A stretch of 63,966 nucleotides of DNA, counting the filler, from Octopus bimaculoides (Eukaryota): assembly GCF_001194135.2 (NCBI RefSeq). It is 10 parts of 10 records of this genome, joined end to end, with 100 filler letters (N's around TTAATTAATTAA, not from the genome) between each part and the next. Parts side by side here need not be neighbours in the genome. Positions count along the whole stretch, not along the records: positions 51,647 to 62,814 come from NC_068990.1; positions 62,915 to 63,966 come from NW_026301624.1; 8 more parts are not named here. One strand, 5' to 3'. Below, piece by piece: positions 52,800 through 63,966 of the stretch; position 1 is the stretch's first letter; each line of letters begins with the position of its first letter. The position numbers were made by a program, and so were the translations under genes. The notes below the pieces were generated by a model that saw only the letters and a list, made by a program, of their open reading frames with translations, did no database searches and was not told the DNA's origin.

Positions 52800-53098
52800 T
52801 GCAGAGTAGATGGATCAAGGACAACTGAAGAAGGGAAATATTCTTTGTTGCATATCTTATTTCTCTCTTTTTTTCATTATTCGAAAAAAAGTTCGTTTTC
52901 TGTCTTCATCTCTATGTTTTCGTTTCTCATTGTGTTTAACGTTTTTTTGATGTCCTGTACCCATATATGCATGTACGTATAAATATAGATGTAGGTATGT
53001 ACATATATGTATGGATATATGCATATATTTATATATTATTTATATTATTATATGATCGAACTCTACACACTGTCTCCAAGTATATATATATGTATGTA

Positions 53099-53136
<38 letters not shown>

Positions 53137-53742
53137 CTTATATATATGTATGTGTGTATATATATATATGCATACATATATATATATATATACATATATA
53201 TATACATACACACACACATATATATATTAATAAATCTAAGGGTAGCAAAAAAATGTTTAGAAATTCTATTTGTTACCAGTGGTCTAGCGAGAAGAAAAAA
53301 ACTAGTCAATAGACTATATATTATTCATATAAATACATACAGTGTACATTTAAACACATAAGAGAGATGTCCACAATAGGACATTTAACTCGTCCACGCA
53401 CACACACATATATATATATGTGTATGTATATATATATGGAAAAAGTAAACTCAGTTGCCTCATCGAAATGACTGTTCCATGTTACCCCTAGTTTAACCTA
53501 AAGCAGATTCCCCGCCAGCTGGTTACCAGTGTGACTCTGCCCCCTTTATACACAATATATTGTTAGCAGGGGGGCAAACCCCTACCATCCTCTAGTAGGT
53601 AACAGCATAGTGAGACTGACTCAGTTTCAAGCTATCTAGCTCCTCAGTCACAAGCACCTGCCTGCCAGAGCAATAGCCAGAGTCCACTTCCAACTTCACA
53701 TTTTAGTATAGTTACCACTCTGATCTCTTCTTGAGACTTTGC

Positions 53743-53787
<45 letters not shown>

Positions 53788-54133
53788 CATACATATATAT
53801 ATGTGTAAGCATTTAAAATTTATTAGTTAGAGGGGAAATGACAGAAAACATTCTCAGGCTGGCAAGATTGATGTGGTCAGTGTTATGATGAAGCATTTGA
53901 ATGTTGACAACTGAAAGAAAAATGGAAGGATTCCCAGTCAGTAGCAGTTCAGGGTGAACGGATAGAATGAAGTGCTAAGTTTGAATTTCTAGAATGTAGG
54001 TTATGGAACTGGTGGCCCTGGTTGCTCTGCACATGATGACACCTCTGGGTCTGCTAACCTAGGATGGCTCCAGCCCCATCAAGCAAGAACAGAGAGAAAG
54101 AGAGAGAGAGGAAATATTCTAGTGGAAGCGACC

Positions 54134-54183
<50 letters not shown>

Positions 54184-54960
54184 GAGAGGGAGAGAGAGAG
54201 AGAGAGGGAGAGAGAGAGAGGGAGAGAGAGAGAGGGAGTGATAAGAAGAGAGAATTCATAGGTAAAGATGTTATGGCAGTAGCAGTAAAAGAGATGGAGT
54301 TAATGGTTGTTGAATGCTGTTAATGAAATTCCACTGAGATATGTGTTGGGCAAGGAATGAATGAGAGAAATAGAGAGTGTGGGGGGTATGATAATATAAG
54401 AACAACTAAGTTTAGAACTGGTCGGTGGGTCTTGGAACAAATCAGAATTTCAAGAAGCTAGCAGTAATTGTGGGAAGGTCGGTTGGTATGTTGCTTATCA
54501 ACACTTGTTTTAGTTTACAGTGGGTGAATTAAAAATAACAACGATAGTTTAACATAAGCACGAAGAAATATCAGTCGGTTGTTGAGTTCTACGTGCGTTA
54601 AGGGTTAAGGGCTTTAAATTTACTGAAAGTATATCAACTATCTGGCAATAATTTCTTAAAAACTGAGAGAAATGAAATTAAGATTCAGTTGTAGGAGTGA
54701 ATGGGATGACAGTAGGAAAGGGATGAGAGATTTTAAGCAGAGTATATATATATATAATACAAATAATAAATGAGTATATGCATATATACGTACATGTATG
54801 TACATACCTACATCTACATGTATATATAGATGCATATCTGGGTACAGGATGTTGCAAAAAAGCATGGACAAAATGATAAACAGAGTACAGAAAACACACA
54901 GGCCACATAGAGAACATTTCCTTCATCAGCTGCCACAATTCTAAAACTAAGCATTTCGAA
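52800..54960. repeat. Two copies of one interspersed repeat in inverted orientation (~52800-53060 plus, ~54740-54960 minus)
   Basis: tcctgtaccca.atatgcat.ta..tata.at.tagatgtaggtatgtacata is shared; both carry CTGA(A/T)GAAGG.AAT.TTCT. Confidence 0.5.
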
Positions 54961-55375
54961 GAGTTATATATATATACACACATACATGCATACATACATA
55001 CATACATTCATACATACATACATACATACATGCATGCATGCATGCATACCTACATACACACACACATACATACATACATACATACATGCATACATAGATT
55101 CATACATACTGGGGGCATATATTCCAGGTGTGCTAAGTGTATGGCGCACACCCATCGAAAATGGCAAATTCATCATAAATATTAATCTTACTCGTTACTT
55201 CAATCACAAATCTTAATGGAAAAATTTTGTTATAACCCTACTTGAAATTTGGTGGCATTGAGTGTGGCAGCACACCCAGTACAACAATCATCATAAGCCA
55301 CTGATACATCCATCCATCCATCCATCCATACATACATACATACATACACCCACCCACACACATACACCTACATAC

Positions 55376-56706
55376 AGCTGCCCAGTAGATGTTAACATAA
55401 GGCTAAAAATCATCAAAAAAGAAAATGCCTATGCTGAACTATTGAGAAATTTACAGTTATTCTACTCAGATTACAAGTTCAGGCTTATACCTGTAATTAC
55501 TTGGGAAATGGGATATGTAACACACTGCCCAAATCTTGAGAAATTAGTCTTGAGAAATTAGGCTTCTCAAACCAGAAAGGAGAAAGCTAATTTGAAGACT
55601 AGAGATCTAAGCCATCACTTGAACTGTAAAAATCTGTAAAACTTTCCAGAAGTTTACCATTTAAGTATACATGCACATGTCTAGACATGCAACTATATGC
55701 ATGAGAATACACACATAAAAGGAAACATACAAATGGTGTTGACTCCAAATACTGCACACACACACAAACACACACACACATACATGCACAAATATCCTAC
55801 TGATGTTGGTGAAGTTCCAATGACAGACCTTGGGTCTAAGTCAGAAACCAGCTCTTTCTTTATTGGCACAAAATCTTGAAATGAAATTGAATAATGACTG
55901 ACTGACATACATACATACACTCACATACACACATACATACATATCTACTGATGAGACATGATATTGTAGTTAGGACACTCTATAATGAAATCTGTTGGAA
56001 CGATAACCACAAGGGCAAAAAAATAAGAACCCACAGTATGATGGAAGCCACAGCCACTCATAATAAAAAGGACTATTGGTGGAATGTCCCCGTGGAAACC
56101 TCAATGAAATGTAAGCACAACAGACCTGATATAATGATTTGGGATAGAAAAGAGAAACTGTGTGCAGTTGTGGAAATCAGCTGCCCAGTGGATGTTGATA
56201 TAAAGCTGAAGATCAGTGAAAAAGAGAATACCTATACTGAACTATTGAGAAATCTGAAGTTACACTATTCAGATTACAAGTTCAGGTTTGTACCTGTAAT
56301 TATTGCAGCACTGGGATATGTAACACCCTGCTTAAATACCAATCTTGAGAAATTAAGCCTTTCAAAACCAGAAAGGAGAAAGATAATTTGGAGACTACAG
56401 ATCCAATCACTGGAACTGTATAAATCTGTAAAACTTTCCAGAAGTTTATCCTTTAAATATATATGAGCAATTCTAGATATGCATCTATATGCATGAAAAT
56501 ACATATATAAAACATAAAATACAAATCTGCACATACATACATACATACATACATACATACATACATACATACATACAGAAATACCCTGTTGTTGATGTTG
56601 AAATTCCAATGAAGGAGCTTTGGATCTAGGTTAGAAACCAACTCTTTCTCTATTGGCAAGAAATCTTGAACTAAAACTGAATAATGACATACATACATAC
56701 ATACAT
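55376..56706 (+). mobile_element. Two head-to-tail, 5'-truncated R4-clade (RLE) retrotransposon copies joined through (CATA)n
   Basis: Copy 2 ORF (55951-56466): RHDIV..LY..., WWNVPV....KHNRPDIMIWD......VVEISCP.D, KE..Y..L, VPVIIAALG. Copy 1 (55376-~55905) matches from SCPVDV onward. Both have the same 3' UTR with an internal CA/CATA run. Confidence 0.85.
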
Positions 56707-57418
56707 ATATATATATGTGTATAGGTATTTACATACACAGACACATACATATATAAGACAAAAATTAGCTGAAATAAAAAACTCAGAGTGGCCAGAAGCA
56801 TGTAAATGAACAACAGGCATACAGGGATGTTAAATACCATACAACATAAATTCTTGATTTAATAACATTTCTCTACCTCTAGAAATTGTGTCACAATTAC
56901 CACAAGGCAGATGTGGAACTATTACTCAGTGCAAAAATGTTCCTGCCTCAATAGGCATCACCAGCACAGGATATCTGTTATGCTAATGACAGCTGTTGAA
57001 GTTGAAATACATATTGTCTTCTTATTTCCAGCCTGTCCTTTACTTAACGACATGTCAACTCTGAAGAATTTTAGATTCCTAATATATTAACCCTCTTCTC
57101 TTACAGAACTGTTCTCAGTTCTGTGACACATCCTCTAAGCTGCAAGTAATTTTAATGAACCACCTGTACTTGTCTCTGTTGCTCATATGCATGGTACTTG
57201 CCAGTCTGAGTTATTTCCTTTATCTCATTTTTGCTATAGTCACTCCTTAATGATAAAGGACAACTACTTCTGCTTGAAATGTTACTCCTACTACAACCCA
57301 ACAACTATCAGAAGGAAACCAACTAACAGCACCTTGTGCTTTTGTAAGAAAACATGTGGACTTTCAGGACATATATCATGAAAGATTTCTTTTCAATTTA
57401 TTCTTCCTTCTTTTTCAG

Positions 57419-57453
57419 AATGACTAAATCATCTTCTAAAGTGATTGAAACAG
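57419..57453 (+). other. Possible 35-nt micro-exon
   Basis: Strong polypyrimidine acceptor ttttcaatttattcttccttctttttcag|; donor CAG|GTAGCC; only one open frame (MTKSSSKVIET). No homology recognised. Confidence 0.2.
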
Positions 57454-57556
57454 GTAGCCTATTTTGATAAAAATGTAAATACTTTCTTTCTTCTTTTGTC
57501 TTTTAATATAAATTTACTTGTCTGAAACATCTTAACCTTTTGTATAATATAATATA

Positions 57557-57675
57557 CCATACTGGAAGCAGACAGAGCAAACTTTGCATAGCTGAGAGGA
57601 GAATGATATAACATATATTTTAGGATTATTCTCCTCTCAGCTACGCAAAGCTTGCTCTGTCTGCTTCCAGTAAGG
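57557..57675. mobile_element. 119-bp hairpin MITE with TA flanks
   Basis: 48-bp arms with 3 mismatches and a 23-nt loop; TA on both sides. Confidence 0.75.
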
Positions 57676-57967
57676 TATAGCCCAGGTTGTTCCAGCAGCT
57701 TCCAATAAATTTTGTATGTTGTCCCTTCCTCTTCTACTCATTAAATATAACTGGCTAATGCTATAACATTGCATAAATTGCACTTCTCTTTGATTCTAAA
57801 AGAGTGCTTGTGGTTATTTAGTCTGACCTTAAAGGGAACAGCCATCACTTGCGCCAACATATTTCTGTGTATGTTTCTGTGTTTCTTCTTTGCTGTTGTT
57901 GTTGGACGCTGCTATATACATACATATATAAATATGCACACACATACATATCTAAATATATATCCTT

Positions 57968-58177
57968 TTATTCTTTTACTTGTTTCAGTCATTTGACAGT
58001 AGCCATGCTGGAGCACCGCGTTTAGTCAAACAAATCGGCCCCAGGACTTATTCTTTGGAAGCCTAGTACTTATTCTATCGGTCTCTTTTGCCGAACTGCT
58101 AAGTTACAGAGATGTAAACACACTAGCATCAGTTGTCAAGCGATGTTGTGGAGGGACAACACACACAAACATATACT

Positions 58178-58258
<81 letters not shown>

Positions 58259-58413
58259 GACGGGCTTCTTTCAGTTTCCGTCTACCAAATCCACTCACAA
58301 GGTTTTGGTCGGCCTGAGGCTATAGTAGAAGACACTTGCCCAAGGTGCCATGCAGTGGTACTGAACCTGGAACCATGTGGTTGGTTAGCAAGCTACTTAC
58401 CACACAGCCATCC
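57968..58413 (-). mobile_element. SINE family 2, full length
   Basis: As 27110-27526. Confidence 0.85.
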
Positions 58414-60139
58414 TATGTATGTATATTCATATTTCTTATAAGTAATTTAAACACTTTCTAAAAAAAAAAAAATTATTTAGTTTAACCACTTTACTTTCTC
58501 TCATATCCCTTTTCTGTCTTTTGTTTACATTAAAGATAGTCAATTTCCTAAACTTAGACTGACCATCTTAAATGATATGATACCAAGTATATTTATTATT
58601 TGTATTTAATTTTTTTTATAACCATACCATGCTAATTTTATCTAGTATCAGTCTTCCATACATTGTGTATATAAAGGAAAATTTTAATGTATAAGTAGAG
58701 TTGAAGTGTTGGTGTAACCATGATGTTCTGCTGATCTGATGAGCTAGCCTACTTCATCAGTGTTGATTTGTAAGTGAACAATTGTATTGTACAATGTGTA
58801 GCATGCATATTGATGTAGACATGTAAAATAATTTATTATACATTGAAATTATTATTACATGATGAGGGCTGTGAGATGGTTGTAATCCTAAGGAAAACAA
58901 GTGGTTCAATAAATATATTCACCTCGCGTACCTCCTGACTTCTAATGGTTTTTATATATATACATATATGTATATGTATGTGTGTGTGGTTCAAATTTAT
59001 GGAAAACAAAAGACAAAGATAGGTGAGGGAACTATATATTGAATGCAGCTGTGCATTGTTAACCAGCTAGAGGAGACGTCCTCTTGGGGTATAAAACATG
59101 ACAGTAAAGTCTGTTCAAACGGAATAGCCATGCTGAAATGGCTAAGAACATTACTTGTTAGTACAACTACTGTGTTGATCTCTTAGAGGGATTTTAGAAC
59201 TAGCTTTTTTGCTTATATATGTATATATATATATATATATACATACAGGGAGAGTGAGAAAGCGACCCTAGTAAAATATATTATTGGTTAGGAGTTATTT
59301 TAGCTGAATGGATTTGATGTTTTAGGATGTTGGAATTATGAATTGTAAAAAGTGTAAATGGAAACCATTGGTTTAAGGCATTCATTGTGAAAGGAAATTA
59401 AAGACGGTTTGATGTAATCAGGTGAAACAGAAGTTGTTGTTGTTGTTGTAAGAACAGGGATAGTGCTGGTATTGTTGCTGGTGGCAGTGTACTCACAGTG
59501 GCAGCTGCATCATAATGGTGATGATGATAATGATGAAGATCATGATGGTGGTGGTGTTGCTGCTACTGCTGGTGAAGGTGTCGTTGTTATTGTTTTTGTT
59601 GGTACTGGGTGATAATGATGATGATGATGTAAATTAAATTAGTACTTCTTACTGAGTTGATTTAGTGAATTTGTTGACCTTTTGCAATCAGAGGTAACTA
59701 TTAAAGCATGCAGCCCCATTGACTTTACAAGAACGCCCCTCTCCAATATATACCTCTGGAGAGAAACTGAACTTTCTAGAACATCAAAGAAATAGAGTAT
59801 TTATTAGTTATATGCAACAGTGTATTTGTTGTCATATCATAGTTACTTTATCTCAAATCATCCCTAGTTGAACAGACTTATTATCAAAGATATTCACATA
59901 ATAATGGTTATGTTCTTTTTTTTACTTCATTTTTGTATCTGGTTTGCAAGATTCTTTATATGAATTCATGTGTTGAAACAAATTTTGTTGTGTCTAAGAA
60001 GAGTCATTATGCCAATATCATTAGCACATACACTGGTTCAATTCCACTCCTTTATTATTAGTCAATTGGTTAAATATCCAACTAACTAGACACAACAAAA
60101 TTCTTTTTTTTTCCAGCATAGAATATCTAAGAATACATG

Positions 60140-60365
60140 TGTTCATCAATATTGGCTTCAAATTTTGGAACAAGACCAGCAATTTCAAGGAAGGGGTTAA
60201 ATTGATTACATCGACCCCAGTGCACAACTTGTAATTATTTCATTGACCTTGAGAGGTGAAAGGCAAAGTCTACCATGGCAGCATTTGAACTCAGAATGTA
60301 GAGATGGACAAAATGCTGCTAAGCATTTTTACCCAACATGGTTGCAACTCTACCAGCTAACCACC
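60140..60365 (-). mobile_element. Diverged Meta-type SINE
   Basis: Reverse complement of the head, gagttcaaatgctgcc..ctttgcctttcacctc and tail. Confidence 0.7.
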
Positions 60366-60705
60366 TTGTGTGTTCCTTAATATTAAATAGTATTTATGCA
60401 ATTTGAGATAGATTTGTCTTTCTTGTTGTCTTAGTACTATAGCTGTAATCTATGGTGTCTGTATACAGCTAGATGAACTGAGCTGTTTATATGGTGAAAC
60501 ACCAGCTACAAGATAAAAATTGTCAATCACTTTAAGCAGATGACTTATAGCCTATTTAGTTCTTTTTCCCCCGTTTCACATTTAAACCTACTATATCAGG
60601 CTTAAATATTACATCTTGATACTTTTCTACAGTTATGTACCCTTTCTACACAGCCTTTCTTTTCACTTTGGTAATGCTATCATTTGCCAACCTGCACTGA
60701 TATAG

Positions 60706-61265
60706 TAAAGGCTGTTGCCACTATTACATGGCTGTTCTATGCAGAACAAATGTTACTATATTTCAACCCCAGGAAAGCATCTTTTCCTGCTGGCTAATGA
60801 CACACAACCTGTATCTGTTTTATTGTGACCAAGGGAGCAAACTACTCCAGCAAAGCAAAACCAGTATACTGGTTTCTGGATTCCTTTCTGTCCTCAGTAC
60901 TGGACGTTTGCCTGCTAGAAATGGCAACTATTCATCTTTGCTCGCAATATATAAACAATGAAGCAACTATCCATTCCTGATCTCACAACAAGCTAAAGTA
61001 GCTGGTTTTAAACCTCTGAAAGAGATTCACATAGTAACAGTACTAAACTGTAAAGGCTATTGCCACTTATATGTGGCTGTTCTATGCAGAACAAATGTTA
61101 CTATATTTTAACTGCAGGGAAACATCTTTTTTCACTGGCTAATAACACACAACCTGTGCCTGTTTTATTGTGAGCAAGGGAGCAAACCACTCTCACTCCA
61201 GCAAAGTAAAATGAGTATACCAGTTTCTGGGTTCCTTCCTGTCCTCAGTACTGAATGTTTGCCTG
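60706..61265. repeat. Diverged direct duplication of ~210 bp (60706-60914 and 61051-61265)
   Basis: ggctgttctatgcagaacaaatgttactatattt and ctgtcctcagtactg are shared; period 345 bp. Confidence 0.85.
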
Positions 61266-61289
61266 AATCAGATGAACTTTATCAATTTT

Positions 61290-61658
61290 AGACATGGTAA
61301 TGACAGACTTCGGTGATCATATGGTGTTATGGGGGTGTTGATTGACCTCTCTCTTGACTATGCCACATATGTAACAATTCTGGTGAGCTAGGAGGCCACA
61401 TGTCTAGATGTGCATGATCATGGAGATTGACATACTTGGGTTGTCCTTGCCTTATGAGACAATGCAAAGTCTTGTTGGAAGATGTACGGTTTTCTATTGC
61501 ATACTCTGTGTATCCAGAGCCTTCTCTGACATCTTTATGTAGACAGCAGCATTGACTCTTAATCCCTATGAAAAGAAAGTGAGGAGGTGTGGCATCTCCC
61601 TCACTGCTGACAACTCCCAAAACTGTCAGAGTCGCAGGAAATTTAGTATGCATGACTA
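61290..61658 (-). mobile_element. maT/DD37D-like transposase fragment
   Basis: VMHTKFPATLTVLGVVSSEGDATPPHF....NLHDHAHLDMWPPSSPE; same superfamily as 29085. Confidence 0.8.
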
Positions 61659-62166
61659 TTGTGTGTGTGTGTGTGTGTGTGTAAAAGGTTGAAAAGGAAC
61701 ACATGAATTGATATGTATAAGAAAAATAAGACAAAGTAGAAAATGCTAAAATAATTTTATCATGAAGAACATTTTAGTACTGGTTTCAGTCTTTGCGACT
61801 TTTTCAACTTGGAGTAAAGCATGAAAAACAGTTAAATTGGGGAAAAATTAAATGAAATGTTATTGAAAATATTTCCATAGTTTTCANNNNNNNNNNNNNN
61901 NNNNNNNNNNNNNNNNNNNNNNNNNNNNNNNNNNNNNNNNNNNNNNNNNNNNNNNNNNNNNNNNNNNNNNNNNNNNNNNNNNNNNNNNNNNNNNNNNNNN
62001 NNNNNNNNNNNNNNNNNNNNNNNNNNNNNNNNNNNNNNNNNNNNNNNNNNNNNNNNNNNNNNNNNNNNNNNNNNNNNNNNNNNNNNNNNNNNNNNNNNNN
62101 NNNNNNNNNNNNNNNNNNNNNNNNNNNNNNNNNNNNNNNNNNNNNNNNNNNNNNNNNNNNNNNNNN

Positions 62167-62204
<38 letters not shown>

Positions 62205-62379
62205 CACACATGCACACACAAACACAAATTCATATACATACATATGCACACATGTATTTACATGCATAAGTACATACATACATGTATATATAATGGAATC
62301 TCCTGTCAAAGATGATGTATGGATGATTAGTTTTTTGTTGAATGACCTGCACAAATGATTTGTTTATAGTGACCAAATG

Positions 62380-62585
62380 TTTGTACTGTACATTAGCTCA
62401 CTCTCTTCATCAAATCGACATTGTCTGAACAGGTGCACAGTGTACCACATGTCAGGTGTCAAAGTGATCACAGAACAATGTAAAATAAAGTGTTTGTTAA
62501 AGGACACAATGCACCACCTGGTCTAGGAACTGAAACCACAATCTCATGCCCATGACTGTAACACCTTAACCACCATGCCATTTGC
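62380..62585 (-). mobile_element. Diverged tRNA-derived SINE
   Basis: Minus strand: ggcatggtggttaaggtgtt..gtttcagttcctagacc..gcattgtgtcctt; head like 24945. Confidence 0.55.
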
Positions 62586-62611
62586 TCTCTTACACACACA
62601 CTCACACACAC

Positions 62612-62656
<45 letters not shown>

Positions 62657-63214
62657 TATGTATATGTATTTATGCATGTATGGATATGTATGTGTGTATA
62701 GATATACATACACGTCAATATATATGTATATATTTATGAGTGTGTGAGTGTGTGTATGAATGTATATGTTTTCGCACATATCTACAGATATAATACATAT
62801 ATAGATGAACATACNNNNNNNNNNNNNNNNNNNNNNNNNNNNNNNNNNNNNNNNNNNNTTAATTAATTAANNNNNNNNNNNNNNNNNNNNNNNNNNNNNN
62901 NNNNNNNNNNNNNNATATATACATACATACATAAGACAGTCTGATGAAATTCAAGGGAAATTTAGCTTCTATTTCTACCAGCTCAAGCTAGCATGTAGAG
63001 GTCCCCCTTGGCTCATACATAGATAAGGCAGTAGTGTGCCGTTTGAGGAAGATTTAACTGCTGTTTCTATAAGTGCCACCCCCAATTGGTTTAATTTTTA
63101 TTGTTTTCTAATGTTTACATGTTATAAAACCCTTTGTATCATCTTGTGTCGTCTTTTATGCTGTTGCATGTCCTTTTATATATATTTATACTGGCTCTTG
63201 CGGCCAATAAAAGA

Positions 63215-63216
<2 letters not shown>

Positions 63217-63270
<54 letters not shown>

Positions 63271-63485
63271 CAAGGCAGTGAGCTGGCAGAATCATTAGTA
63301 TGTTAGACAAAATGCTTAACAGTATTTCATCCGTGTTCACATTCTGAGTTCAAATTCTGCCAACGTCGACTTTGCCTTTCATCCTTTCGGGGTCAATAAA
63401 ACAAGTCTCAGTAAAATACTGGGATTGATGTAATCAACTAGTCCCCTCCCTGCAAATTCCAGGCCTTGTGCCTATAGTAGAAAGG

Positions 63486-63517
<32 letters not shown>

Positions 63518-63966
63518 GGTGGTGAACTGTCAGAATTGTTAATACACTGGACAAAATGCTCAACAGCATTTCATTCCTCTTTATACTCCGAGAATGGAGG
63601 CTCAATGGCCCAGTGGTCAGGGCAGCGGACTCGCGATTGTAGGATTGCGGTCTCAATTCCCAAACCGGGCGTTGTGAGTGTTTATTGAGCAAAAACACCT
63701 AAAGCTCCACGAGGCTCCAGCAGGGGATGGTGGCAAACCCTGCTGTACTCTTCCACCACAACTTTCTCTCACTCTTTCTTCCTGTTTCTGTTGTGCCTGT
63801 AATTCAAAGGGGTCAGCCTTGTCACACTCTGTGTCACGCTGAATATCCCCGAGAACTACGTTAAGGGTGCACTTGCATGTTAAGGGTGCACTTGCACGTT
63901 AAGGGTGCACTTGCACGTTAATTTCACAAGCAGGTTGCTCCATTGATCAGATCATCAAGGTGGAAC
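63217..63966 (+). mobile_element. SINE chain: (ATT)n, Meta-SINE (63272-63485), (ATT)n, truncated Meta-SINE (~63518-63590), tRNA-SINE (63596-end)
   Basis: Heads ggcagtgagctggcagaa, ggtggtgaactgtcagaa and ggaggctcaatggcccagtggtcagggc. Confidence 0.8.

Noticed and set aside
60855-60905. Minus-strand CTGAGGA...GAAACCAG-TATA-CTGGTT, hammerhead-like
   Set aside because: No stem II, stem I out of register, and the duplicate copy lacks the stem III hairpin.
60728-60961. ORF containing ESIFSC, reminiscent of Regnase KEVFSC
   Set aside because: No other NYN residues; lies in a duplicated segment whose second copy does not keep the frame.
61291-61320. ttttag|ACATGGTAAT would continue the Regnase exon as L-H-G-N
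   Set aside because: Stop after four more codons, and the sequence belongs to the minus-strand maT transposase remnant; coincidence.

Overview
AT-rich metazoan genomic scaffold, saturated with microsatellites ((TA)n, (CA)n, (CATA/TATG)n, (TATC)n, (TTC)n, (TAA)n), tRNA-derived SINEs and decayed transposons. It has about 4.3 kb of N gaps, nine of them with an artificial TTAATTAATTAA linker. The repeat repertoire suggests a coleoid cephalopod such as Octopus (inference; not searched). The only host gene I can support is one large exon (39439-40102, +) of a ZC3H12/Regnase-family RNase. It encodes the UBA-like N-terminal domain and the start of the NYN/PIN domain; no downstream exon is recognisable in the remaining ~24 kb. 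Mobile elements include a nearly full-length but broken Penelope-like element (PLE) with a long upstream inverted repeat, two more PLE fragments, RTE, R4/Dong, CR1/L2-like and L1/Tx1-like LINE remnants, mariner and maT-like, piggyBac and Helitron remnants, and several MITEs. The most interesting signals are (i) several minimal hammerhead-ribozyme-like folds with non-canonical cores and (ii) retrotransposon 3' ends chained head-to-tail through the microsatellite that forms their own tail. I found no convincing wholly new protein-coding system. All family assignments come from motif recognition by eye, and most long ORFs in the track are microsatellite or N artefacts.
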